Positions 1-12,050 of a stretch of 64,000 bases of DNA are shown here, piece by piece (position 1 is the stretch's first letter; each line of letters starts with the position of its first letter). Both the position numbers and the translations under genes were made by a program. Under the pieces are notes generated by a model. The model made no database searches. It was not told where the DNA came from and saw only the letters and a program-made list of their open reading frames with translations. This stretch comes from the human T2T-CHM13v2.0 reference genome, Homo sapiens. The stretch lies in the NCBI RefSeq assembly GCF_009914755.1, contig NC_060941.1; one strand, given 5' to 3'.

Positions 1-1308
1 TTTCAGATCTAGGTTAGATATCTAAGTCCTCAGAAAATAGCCCAGAACATTTTGAAACCTTTTGTGAAGTTCTTTGATTTTACTTAGAGAATCTTAATCC
101 ACAAGAATTAAGTGATATGGCTTAAATGTCTGTCCAGAGCATAGGGAAACAACTCTAAAATGAAGAAAGGACAAGGGTCAAGAGAGTCTCACGGGACAGA
201 TGAGACTTGTGAGCTGAGGGCCATGGAGAGGAGATGGAGGGCACCAAAGAAGACCTGTTCAGTGTTGGGCAGGCAGAGGAGTGTAGGCAATGCCAAAACA
301 GGACTGGGCACTCACTGCCACCTACATCGTTCTGGGGTCCAAGCCATGTCCTCAACCCTTTACAGGCAACTCTAAACCATGAGGAGCTGGAGACTGGGGA
401 TGACCAGAGGGGAAGATGTTAAGTGCATGGTGTCTTGCTCTGAGTTGTACATGTTGGGGTACCTTGGGTCCCCCAGGGGTTCAGGATGTACAAGAGCAAC
501 TCAACTGCTCACTTGTTGGGGCTGAATGTGCAGAAATGTTTTTGACAGTGAGAGAGGGTGAGATGTTAGTGTTGAAGTCATACGTACAAGGAGAGATCTT
601 CAGATTAACACTTCCACCACAGAGCAGCTCTCTAATGCTGTGCTGCAGCTCCTCTGACCACATGGTGTGATGTAAATGGTCATGCCACAGCGTTCTGGGC
701 AGCACAAGTCACATTTAAACCACACCCTGGGTGAAAAGGACCATTACATCGTGTTAATCGGAGTGCTTCTAAGAAATGCTTAACTCATGAGGAGGACGTC
801 AAGAATTGGTGTTACCAAGAAGCCAAGCTTAGCTGGTACCTTCTATCAAGAACAGATCTATTTGTGAATGGCACCATGGTCATTTCCTCCTATGGAACAG
901 ATATTTCTAGTGTTGTGTTTCCATTGCACAGAAGTGACATGTAAGATGATACCCCAGAATCTTAAGTAGTTCGAGTTGTGTTTGATCCAGACCCAAATGG
1001 ACAGAATGGAATAGGGAAAGTCTGGACTATGGGAATGACAAGAATGATGGGGCCAGGCTTTTAACTGCTGTTTGATTCATTGAACATTCATAGCTCCCTA
1101 CAATATGCCATCATTGGGTTTGACTCTGGGTAATAGACATGAATATGCATGACATATGGGGTGTCTATATAGATCAGGAGCCTTAGATGCCCTTATTTTT
1201 TCACCCAGGAAGCCCACAGCTAGGAAAATATCCTACAGAAATAACCTCACTTATGGAGAAAGTTTTTTGCATACAGATGTTTGGCACAACTTATAACAAT
1301 GAAAAATT

Positions 1309-1598
1309 GGCCAGGTGCAGTGGCTTACACCTGTAATCCTAGCACTTTGGGAGGCCGAGGCAAGCAGATCACCTGAGGTCAGGAGTTCGAGACCAGCCTG
1401 GCCAACATGGTGAAACCTCATCTTCACTAAAAATACAAAAATTAGCTGGGCATAGTGGTGCACGCCTGTAGTTCCAGCTACTCAGGAGGCTGAGGTAGGA
1501 GAATCGCTTGAACCTGGGAAGTGGGGGTTGCATTGACCTGGGATCACACCACTGTACTCCATCCTGGGCAACAGAGTGAGACTCCATCTAAAAAAAAA
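1309..1598 (+). mobile_element. Alu (AluS-type), full length
   Basis: Starts GGCCAGGTGCAGTGGCTTACACCTGTAATCC, dimeric, with an A-tail; GAAAAATT on both flanks (TSD). Confidence 0.95.
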
Positions 1599-1725
1599 GG
1601 AAAAATTGAAACCAACCCACATATGTTACAGTAGTGCATGACAATATTAATGCACTAGGCTTAAGTAAATTAGGCAGTTCTTAAAAATACTGGAATGATT
1701 TGGAAAAGTCTTTTAATATTAAGCA

Positions 1726-2072
1726 CAGTCATATGCTGCATAACAATGCTTTGGTCAATGACAAACTGCATATATTATACAGCGGTGGTCCCATAAGATT
1801 ATAATTCTGTATTTGTACTATACCTTTTCTATGTTTAGATATGTTTAGATATGCAAATACTTAACATTGCATTGCAGTTGCCTACAGTATTCAGTACAGT
1901 GGCATGCTGTACAACTTTGTAGCCTAGGAGCTACAGGCTGTACCATACAGTGAAGGTGTACGGTAGACTACACCATCTAGGTTTGTGTAAGTCTATGATA
2001 TTCCCACAATAACAAAACAGACTAATGACAAGTTCCTCAGATGTATTTTTGTCATTAAGTGATGCATGGCTG
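1726..2072. mobile_element. Tigger3a/MER7-like TcMar DNA transposon (non-autonomous)
   Basis: Terminal inverted repeats CAGTCATATGCTGCATAAC ... TTAAGTGATGCATGGCTG followed by TA; interior GGTGGTCCCATAAGATTATAAT recalled from the consensus. Confidence 0.75.
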
Positions 2073-2769
2073 TATAAATAAAAAAATACAAAATTAAAAC
2101 CTGTATCATGACAACAGTAATGTCTTCCCCCACCAGACACAGTAAGAAGAAGGAAAAAAGCAAATGAGCAAACAGTACTATCATAAGCCTAGAAAAAAAC
2201 TGCACTGGAAAGAAATATACCAAACTGTTTTTTAAAAAAAAAAAGTGGCTAGGTTTGGGTACTAGAATTTTTCCTACCTTCAATGAAATTTTTTTTTCAG
2301 GTTTTGCATCAGAATGCACATATGCCACAATAGGGAATGTAGAAAAAAACTCTCACATTCCTGCCTCCGTTTGCCTGCTGCCTACCCAGCTTTGAGATTC
2401 TAAATGAGTTTTTATTCTTTTCTGTATTTTATGTGTTTTCAAAATTAGCTTTACTGCTTTTTGGTGTAATCTATAGTTCACATAACAAATCATATAAAAA
2501 GCTATTTGAACTAAAAACACTAGTAACATTGCTCTTCCTGTACTCCTATGAGACTCCCTCGTATGCTTGTGGATGAGACATTATGAGGATGTGATGACTG
2601 AGAAAGCAGCGGCCATTTTGGGACCACGAGGTGACAAGCTCAAATAAGAAAAGCCAACAAAATGGTGGGGGAAGGGGAGATGTTTTAAGAAGCCTGAGTT
2701 CTTGATGACACAACTGAGCTGTTAAACAAACTCAGGGAGGACCACCTGTTTAAATTTATTTATTTACCT

Positions 2770-3058
<289 letters not shown>

Positions 3059-3079
3059 TGATGTCCATGGTACATCTAT

Positions 3080-3745
3080 GCTGTTGGAACAGCTGGGGAG
3101 GCTATCAGAAGGTTCTGCTCAATGGGAGAAAGGCTTTATCTAAAGACCTGCCCTTGTGAGAAGGCACCAGCTAACCCAGTCTCAGGGTGACACCAGCATC
3201 TCACCTCCTCTCACTGTGGAAACCATTTCCCCACCAAGGGATCAACTGAAGCATTCTTGCAAATAGCCTGAATCTTTGTGGTGAGCTGAAGCTCTCCTGG
3301 TTTGTGCAATGCACAGCATGACACCAATATCATGATTAAAAAATTTTCCCCTTCAGAGAGGATCAGGAAAAACTAATGGGTACTAGGCTTAATATCTGGG
3401 TGATGAAATAATCTGTATAACAAACTCCCATGACATGAGTTTACCTATGTAACAAGTCTGCACATGTACCCCGAACTTAAAAGTTTAAAAAATGAAAAAA
3501 GAAACAAAATTCCTCCTCAGTCTCCCCAAGTTTATATCTTCTAATACCCCAAGGCTGCCTGTAAAGAGAAGAGATGGCTGAGACCCCAGAAGGAGGCAGC
3601 GGCTACAAGTCCTGAGTTCAGCTCTTCCCGGCAGCCATGGGAGCTCACACTCTGCCCAGCATCCTGGGGACCCCTGCAGTTGCCCTTGCTGTCCTTTTCT
3701 TCACTGAGGCCCTCTGCCCCCAGGCCCGCTGTCCCTTGTGTGAAT
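3080..3745 (+). pseudogene. Relic CCL3-like promoter and pseudo-exon 1 inside CCL18 intron 1
   Basis: 3661-3738 translates ILGTPAVALAVLFFTEALCPQARCPL versus CCL3 [26 protein letters not shown], with the ancestral ATG changed to CTG at 3664. The TATA homolog is GGCTGCCTGTAAAGAG versus CCL3 GGCTGCCTATAAAGAG. Upstream sequence is co-linear with the CCL3 promoter. This fits the known origin of CCL18 by fusion of two MIP-1alpha-like genes. Confidence 0.85.
3357..3505 (+). mobile_element. 5'-truncated L1PA (about PA12-14) 3' end
   Basis: GAGGATCAGGAAAAACTAATGGGTACTAGGCTTAATA...CTGCACATGTACCCCGAACTTAAAAG plus A-tail; imperfect TSD AAAATTTTCCCCTTCAG / AAAATTCCTCCTCAG. Confidence 0.85.
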
Positions 3746-4349
3746 TTGTCTTTTGCTCTTGTGCCCCTACTGTCTGGCCATGGCTTGGACCCCACTGCCC
3801 AAGTCTATCTCTAAGACCTCCAAATACAGAACATCAGAGGGATTTCAGGGACTATTTCCCGAGGAGGATTTTTCTTCCTAAGAGGTTTCAGCAACTCTGT
3901 TCTCCACCTCTGGGAGACAGAGGGAGAGTGAGTCCCATTCTATGGATGAGAAAATGGAGGCCCACGGGGATTTTGACAAGAGGTAGGATCTGGGTCCAAT
4001 TGGTTCTCAGTGGTGTGGCCTTGGCTGTCCTTATGAATTCAGATGGAACTCCCCAAGGAGAGATGGGATGGGAAATAGTTTGCTCAGAAAACTAAATTTC
4101 CAGTAAAGAGACATAGAGACCCAGAACCAAGACAGCCAGAGAATGAGAAATACCAAGAGAAAGATGCAGAAATTAAAATGTCAGGGAAAAGAAGAAATGC
4201 CAGCTTCCTTCTGGATCTCTTTGTCCCTATATCCCCACCCCAAGCGGTGATATCTCCCAGTTCTTCCTGACTCTCAAGGAAAGGGACCAGGAGCAGCTGG
4301 CTTGCCTTGTGAACAATGACTTGGGATCTTTCTGTCCTGTCTCTTGCAG

Positions 4350-4461
4350 TTGGTACCAACAAAGAGCTCTGCTGCCTCGTCTATACCTCCTGGCAGATTC
4401 CACAAAAGTTCATAGTTGACTATTCTGAAACCAGCCCCCAGTGCCCCAAGCCAGGTGTCAT
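4350..4461 (+). CDS. CCL18: C-C motif chemokine 18, exon 2
   Basis: ttgcag|TT GGT ACC AAC...; translates (V)[37 protein letters not shown]; donor AT|gtaagt. Confidence 0.98.
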
Positions 4462-4853
4462 GTAAGTGCCAGTGCTCCTGCCCACCCCTCGGGAGGGAGG
4501 ATGGGAGGTTTGGGGTGAGGTCCCCTCAGAGTACTCAGCTCTCTAAGGCCCATCAAGGTAAAGGACTCCAGGGGAGGCCCCTGCAGTGTTTTGTGACCTG
4601 GCCTGGGGCCTGCAGAGTCCTGAAGGGCCTGCCCCTGGGCAGAGGGAAGAGAGCAGACATGACAACAGGAAGTTTGCTTCCTGAGGAACCCCATCTGAGA
4701 CATTTGGGGAAGGCCTGTGAACCCCGAAGTTAAGGGGAAATTTTACGGGCACGAGGACAGGCCCTGAGATGCCTGGGACAGAGAAGGACGCAGGGGCCAC
4801 AGGATTCCCCTGATGAATTCGTCAGTTCTTAACTCTTCCTCCCTTCTCCACAG

Positions 4854-4944
4854 CCTCCTAACCAAGAGAGGCCGGCAGATCTGTGCTGACCCCAATAAGA
4901 AGTGGGTCCAGAAATACATCAGCGACCTGAAGCTGAATGCCTGA
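4854..4944 (+). CDS. CCL18: C-C motif chemokine 18, exon 3 (coding part)
   Basis: ccacag|C CTC CTA ACC...; [32 protein letters not shown] at 4942-4944. Confidence 0.98.
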
Positions 4945-5353
4945 GGGGCCTGGAAGCTGCGAGGGCCCAGTGAACTTGGTGGGCCCAGGAGGGAACAGGA
5001 GCCTGAGCCAGGGCAATGGCCCTGCCACCCTGGAGGCCACCTCTTCTAAGAGTCCCATCTGCTATGCCCAGCCACATTAACTAACTTTAATCTTAGTTTA
5101 TGCATCATATTTCATTTTGAAATTGATTTCTATTGTTGAGCTGCATTATGAAATTAGTATTTTCTCTGACATCTCATGACATTGTCTTTATCATCCTTTC
5201 CCCTTTCCCTTCAACTCTTCGTACATTCAATGCATGGATCAATCAGTGTGATTAGCTTTCTCAGCAGACATTGTGCCATATGTATCAAATGACAAATCTT
5301 TATTGAATGGTTTTGCTCAGCACCACCTTTTAATATATTGGCAGTACTTATTA

Positions 5354-5359
5354 TATAAA
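5354..5359 (+). terminator. Probable variant poly(A) signal (TATAAA) of CCL18
   Basis: I saw no AATAAA in the first ~450 nt of the 3'UTR; TATAAA is followed ~30 nt later by GT/T-rich sequence (CTGTTGATTTTGTTT). Confidence 0.55.
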
Positions 5360-5893
5360 AGGTAAACCAGCATTCTCACTGTGACGACTCTGTTGATTTT
5401 GTTTCACTAATCGGAATCACAGACTGAGAGGAATTCTGGGGGAGGAGTAGGGAAATATGAAAAGGGGCAGAAACAGCAAGATAGGGACCAAGTACTTCTA
5501 CAGTCATACCAGACATTTCCCTGGAGATACTTTCCTGAAAAGTTGAAACAGACACCATTAGTTTATAAACCATATTGTAACTGAAATGTGATAGAAAAAT
5601 TTTCTACTTAAATGAATATCAAGATGACGCTGCAATGCATATTTACGCACACAAGCTCATTTTCATAAATGAAGCTTTCCTCAGAATGATGGCTAACATC
5701 TGTTGAGGTCTTACCAAGTGCTGGGTTTTGGGCTAAGTACTTATATTAGTAAAAGTCTAGCAAATACTGCCCATAGTCTAGCAAGGACTCCTTACCTGGA
5801 AGTTGCTGAAAGCCTTGGTAATGTTATCTTTGTTCTCCACTCTGCTTTTGGGGAGGATGTTTTCCATGACTATACGAGATGAGGCTTGGGGCT

Positions 5894-6050
5894 GGGTGGC
5901 CAGAGTTAGCAAATAAAAATACAGAATGGATACTATTTTAGTGTAAGTATATCCCATGCAATATTTGGGACCTACTTGTACCAAAAATGATTTGTTCTTT
6001 TTCTGAAACTCGAATTTAACAGGGTATCCTAAATTGTATCTGGCAACCCT
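5894..6050. mobile_element. MER53-like hAT MITE
   Basis: Termini GGGTGGCCAGAGTTAGCAAATAAAAATACAG ... TATCTGGCAACCCT with a quasi-palindromic interior. Confidence 0.75.
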
Positions 6051-6108
6051 CTGAAGAAGGAATACTGCTTATAGAGGTGTCTGTTTCCTGTTGGAGATGT
6101 CTGTTGAT

Positions 6109-6182
6109 TTTGGCTTAAGTGTAGAACAGGGCTTTGGCTTAAGTGTAGAACAGGGCTTTGGCTTAAGTGTGGAACACGGCTT
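6109..6182. repeat. 24-bp tandem repeat x3
   Basis: Unit TTTGGCTTAAGTGTAGAACAGGGC; two perfect copies plus one with 2 mismatches. Confidence 0.95.
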
Positions 6183-6352
6183 CTCAACCTTGAATTCACA
6201 TTAGAATCACTTAGGAGAGCTTTTAAAAATTCTAATGCCAGGTCCTCACCTCCAAAGTTATGAATTTAATTGGATTGATGTGGGGGCCTGGCATCAGTAA
6301 TTTAAAAACTCCCCAGGGGATGTTAATGCACAGCCAAGTTTGAGAACCACTG
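6175..6352. mobile_element. MER5-type hAT-Charlie element
   Basis: TTCTCAACCTT...CATTAGAATCAC...GGAGAGCTTTTAAAAAT...TTTGAGAACCACTG. Confidence 0.75.
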
Positions 6353-6609
6353 TTGGTGTGGGGTCACAGGCTGTTTTTAACCAGCATTAAGGTTTCAGAG
6401 GCACTGCAACTCCGTTCTAATTTTTGAAGGCATCTGATCTAGTTATTTTTGGTTCATTCCATTGGATGGTTAATCATAAGCAGAAAATCTATCAGATACA
6501 GTTATTTCTAGAACTGGGTTTTTAACACGTCTCTTCCAGCACAGCACTGGGAGCTCTGTGGTCATCCCTTCCGCCGCCCACCGGCTCCCCCATTGTATTG
6601 ACTCCACAT

Positions 6610-6625
6610 TGCCCCCTGCTGGTGA
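6610..6625 (-). promoter_or_regulatory. CTCF consensus motif
   Basis: Reverse complement TCACCAGCAGGGGGCA matches the CTCF core CCASYAGRKGGCR. Confidence 0.6.
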
Positions 6626-6706
6626 AACAAGTGCGAAGGTCAGCGTCTTTAGCTCCCTGCCTCTGATGAATACAGCTGCACCTTCACAAAGAGCACAGCT
6701 GTTCAT

Positions 6707-7292
6707 TGTGATGGTTAATGTTACGCGTCAACTGGACTAAGCTAAGGGATACCCAGGTAGCTGATAAACATCATTTCTGAGTGTGTCTGTGTGGTGTTCC
6801 AGAAGAGATTAGCATCAGAAGACTAAAGAAGATCTGCCCTCACCAATGCAGGCAGGCATCATCCAATTCACTGAGGTCCCAAATAGAACAAAAAGGCTGA
6901 GGAAGGGTGACTTTGCTGTCTGCGTTTGAGCTGGGACATCCATCTTCTCCTGCCCTCTGACATCCACGCTTCCGATTCTTGAGCCTTCAGACTCAGACAG
7001 GGACTTGTACCATCACCTACCCTTCTTGACCCCTTCTCAGGTCTGTGAACTTGGACCAGGACTGACAACTTTGGCTGCCCTGGTTCTCAGGCCTTCGGAC
7101 CAAATCACACCACTGGCTTTCCTGGTTCTCCAGCTTGCAGATGGCAGGACTTCTTGGCTTCCGTAATTGTGGGAGCCAATTCCCCTAATAAATATCTCGG
7201 TATTTATATCTATATCAACATTGGTATCCAATCTATATCTATAGAGAGAAATAGCCTACTGTTTCTGTTTTTCTGGATAACTGACTAATACA
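6707..7292 (+). mobile_element. MLT2 (about MLT2D) ERVL solo LTR
   Basis: TGTGATGGTTAAT...GACTAATACA termini; 5-bp TSD TTCAT on both sides. Confidence 0.85.
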
Positions 7293-8188
7293 TTCATTTT
7301 ATCATCAAGATAAATATTTACAATGTGGGATCTGAGAAGGAGGTGGATTTGGCTGCTTCGGGACCTGCTTTCCTGTCCTGCCTAATCTCTCACCTCCTCA
7401 TTTTTGCTTATATTAACATTAGCTTGGACTGGAAAATTCTGCTCTTCTAGTCCTGCAAGCTCCAGATCACAGGATTCTTAATTAGCTTGGTTTTCAGGCA
7501 GCAAGCAGAAAGTACATTTCTTTAAAAAACTACTTTTTTTCCCCTTCTCTGCTATCAGAAGAATCAGTTTCAAAGTAAGTTAATTTCTTTCTTAGTGGGC
7601 CTTACTAAGACTGATGCAAGAAATAGTCTCCAATACCCTGAATTTTCGTTTTTGATAAAACTTTGGCTCGAAGATGGACTTAGAATATATAACAGGCCAT
7701 GGGGGTAACCGGCAATTTTGGTAACTAGAGGTATCCCCACTGACTTTGACCTTAGCTACTGCCTTCAGCCAGTTCCACGTTTGGGGACCCATACTTACAA
7801 CATTGCAGTCTATGTTAGTTAGGGATGGTTTAAGTCACAGTGTCAGAAAAATAACTCAATCTGGCTTAAATGATAAAGGGAACTTATTAGTTCACATAAC
7901 TGAAGCTTCAAGAAATAGAATTAGTTTCAGGCAAAACTTGATTCAGTGGTCCTTGTTTCGCTATGGACTATACATGTCTTTCTGAATTTCTGATCTCCCT
8001 GCATTTGAGAGCTTCATCCTAGAAAGAAGTTACTATATTCATCCTAGTTACTCTATTGGCAGAATAGCTTCCAGAAACTTCCAGAGCAAATTGGGAAGAC
8101 AATGTCTGTATCCTCGTATTTTGAGCCAAGAGCCTGAGTTCCACTTTTATTGGTCTGGCTGGCTTGGATTAAGAGCCCATCTCTTAAC

Positions 8189-8557
8189 CCAGGGGCCAGC
8201 AAACTATGGCCATTGGGCCCAATTTGACCTACTACCTGTTTTTGTATGGCCTGCGAGCTAAGATGTTTTTACATTTTAAGTCATTGAAAACATCCAAAAG
8301 AAGAATATTTTGAGAAATATGAAAATTGTATGAAATTGGAGTTTTAGTGTCCATAAAAAAGTTTTATTGGAATGCAGTTGGGTTTATTTGTTTCTGTATT
8401 GTTTACAGCCCACAGTCTAGCAAGGACTCCTTACCTGGAATGAATCATATTTTCATACGACAAAGCAGAGCTGAGTAGTTGTGAAAGACACTGTATGACC
8501 CACAAAACCTGAAGTAGTTTCCATTTGGTCCTTTACAGAGCAAGTTTGCCAACCTGT
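8189..8557. mobile_element. MER58-type hAT element
   Basis: CAGGGGCCAGCAAACTATGGCC...GCAGAGCTGAGTAGTTGTG...CCTTTACAGAGCAAGTTTGCCAACCTG. Confidence 0.75.
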
Positions 8558-8984
8558 ATCTTAATTCATCTTTGTGGCCAGAGAAGTGGATTTACTGATT
8601 TGTTTCAGCTGATCAATGTCTATAACAAGCAATGTTGATGGGCTGAAAACCACACAGACTACCAGAGGGGTTGCTTTTCCGAAGAATCATGTAAGGATAA
8701 AAGAGAAAGAAAGAGAGAAAGACCTTGGAACCCAACTAGTATCTACCAAATGTATGTAACTTTCTCATATTAATTCTGTCTTTATATGTGAAGATGACCA
8801 ATCCCCTGCCTGTGATTACATCACATCAAGCATGTTCTTCCCAAATTGGGGGTTCAATTCAGACTCTCCTGTTATATGCCAGTTGTCTTAGGGATTTTCT
8901 CACTTTATTCAACACTATACTCAATTTTTACATTAATAATGCAGTAATAATATACCCCTTTGCCATTCTGTATTTTCCTGTATA

Positions 8985-9373
<389 letters not shown>

Positions 9374-10429
9374 CTAGTTCCCAAATCTGAGACTAAGTTT
9401 TCATTATAGACTTTATATTCTAAACTAAGTCACTAACAACTGGGGCCAGACAATCCTTCCAGGGCATTGTAGACATAGGAAGAGGAAAGAAAGTGGCCAG
9501 CCTAGTGGGTTCCACCTTTGTGAAGGAGAGGTCTTTACTTCTAACTGCTCTTGAAGCCCAGTGAAGGGGTCTCCAGAGGGTGACTTGTACAAACTGGAAG
9601 TACCTGCAAACAAGGCAACTCATTTTCCAGTTGGATGTCAGCTTACATGGTGAACCTCATGATTTGCCTGAGCCAAAATGAGCAGGGGAGAAGAAAACAG
9701 GAGATAGGAACCAAAGCAGGGAAAAGGATTGCTGGAGGCTGCTCTCCCACCACATGGAATGAGCTTTCCATTGGCCGAGTGATCCTGTGGAAGGGAGCTG
9801 GGCTCGAGCCATCCTCCCAGTGACACTCCGCAAAGGTTGGGGGAATCACATGTCCCATTTTGTCTGGGAAATGACCCAGTTTATGCCAGTTGTGCCAGCA
9901 TAGTTATTAATAGTAACCCCTTTGAGTCTTAAAGTGCTCATCCTACCAATAGGAGATCCACTGCTTAGCTTACAAGGATCTTAACAGCAGTAGCTGATGG
10001 GGTGGTCTCAGGGCCGCTGTCTACAAAGGCCCCTGGATGTGTGGGCAAGAGGGTGCTGAAAGCCAGTCTGCCCATCACCTGTAAGGTCTTGCACTCACAC
10101 AGGGCTAGGTGTGCTCCATGGTGCTTTTTTGTAACATGCTCAATGGTGTCTTCCAGGCTAGCAAAGGCCCAGGGTATGCTGCCAGTGGTGTGAGCAGAAG
10201 AGAGAGGTGAAAGATGTTGGGCAAGGGTGGGATCTCTCACCTAAGAAACTATGCAGAGAGAGGACCCTCAGGAATGCCCATCTATCCGAGGGAAATATAC
10301 ATGCATTGCCCATAACTTCAATATTTTTTTAAAAGATGCAGGGATAACCTAGCAGTGGGGGCAGGGACTACATCTGTAGGCAGTTAAAAGAATTCTTTCC
10401 CCTCTCTCTTTTAAACATTTAAATTAAAA

Positions 10430-10727
10430 AAAATTCTTTTAGAGACAGGGTCTTGCTCTGTCACCCAGGCTGGAGTACAGTGGTGTGATCACAGCTCACT
10501 GCAGACTAGAACTTCTGGGCTCAAGCGATCCTCCTGCCTCAGCCTCCTGAGTAGCTAGGACTATAGCTGCACACTACAATGCCTGCTAATTAAATTTTTT
10601 TTTTTTTTTGTAGAGACAGGATCTCACTGTGTTGCCCAGGCTGGTCGCCAACTCCTGGCCTCAAGTGTTCCTCTGGCCCTGGCCTCCCAAAGCACTGGGA
10701 TTACAGGTACAAACCACCACAACCAGC
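10430..10727 (-). mobile_element. AluJ
   Basis: AGAGACAGGGTCTTGCTCTGTCACCCAGGCTGG...TGGGCTCAAGCGATCCTCC. Confidence 0.9.
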
Positions 10728-12000
10728 AAAATTTTCTCTTTATATTACCCCACACAGACAACCCCTCTTTCCAACATGCCAGAGGAGTTAAAAAGAGAAG
10801 GAGAGAGGGTATCTCAGAACCAAACTAAAGCTTCATCACACTCCAACTACCAGAGCCTGTTTTGCTCTGGTGAAGGGCGAGGAGAAAGGAAGAAGTAGAA
10901 ATGTTAGTTAAGTCAAATTTAAGATTAGGGTTCTAAACTGAAGGAATTTTAATAACTGGATGTGACCAAAACGTGATAGGATCTCCCCAAGATGTTAAGG
11001 TGGAGCTGATGATTGGAGAACAGTTAAGCATTTTATGTTTATAGTCTATATATAAGTAAGGATAGAATAGGTTGTACCTAGATAACAAACAAACTCCCAG
11101 TGGTCTAACAAGGTAAAAGTTTTCCACTCATACAAAATCTGATGTGGGCTAGATCACTGGATCTCACAATTTAGTTGCATCAGAATCCACTGGTGGGCTT
11201 GTCTAAACACAGATTCCTGGGTTCCACCTGAGACTCTGATTCTACAGGTCTTGGTAAGACTCAAGATTCTGCCTTTCTAATGAGGTTTCAGGTGATCCTG
11301 ATGCTGCTGACCCATGAACTACACTCTGAGCAGTATTGATCCTAGAGCAGCTCTCCTCCAGGTGGTGACTCAGGAATTCAGGCTGCTTCCATCCTGTAGC
11401 TGTAGATTCTGGAATGAGAAAGAAGACAGAAAAGGCATACTGCTTTTAACTGTCTTGGTCCAGAAGTGACATGCTTCACTTAATCTTACAATTCATTGGC
11501 CAAAATTAGCCACAAGAGCCCAATGCAAATGCCATGAAGGGGAACATGTGGACTATTTAGTGAACCCTACTTTGTCTGCCACTTACTCTTAAAAAAGAGG
11601 TTAACCAAGGAAAGAGACCTAGCCAATGTGAACTTGCAGTCTATTAGAATCTTTTGCTTTTCCTTTCCCCCGATTATAATAGGCTGTCAGTTTAGTATTC
11701 ATCTAATACACGAAGGATTTATGCAATATTCATGTTGTTGAGATGTGAAATAAATCCTAGATCTATTTGAAATATTTTAAAGTTCATGGGCCAATGGTGC
11801 CAGTCATCAGATGTTGAGAGGCCTTAGGGGAAGAAAGAATGAGACTCTATGGCTTCACCAAGGCAGAGATGGCTACTATCATGATTCCGGATAATGCCCC
11901 CACACTTGCCCTAGCTGGTTTGCTATGACGGGCTAGAGGAGGAATATCTCAAAATTGGAAGGGAATATAAAATGTTGCATGAGAGAAGCTATTTATGCAG

Positions 12001-12019
12001 GTGTGTTTGTGTGGGTGTG

Positions 12020-12050
<31 letters not shown>
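12001..12050. repeat. (TG)n(AG)n compound microsatellite
   Basis: Seen directly; paralogous to 20163-20227. Confidence 0.9.

Noticed and set aside
1-1300. Second CCL18 intronic pseudo-exon (exon-3-like) expected from the fusion model
   Set aside because: No convincing match seen by eye; it probably lies upstream of the window.
6109-6182. CRISPR-like repeat array
   Set aside because: Head-to-tail tandem copies with no spacers, in mammalian DNA.
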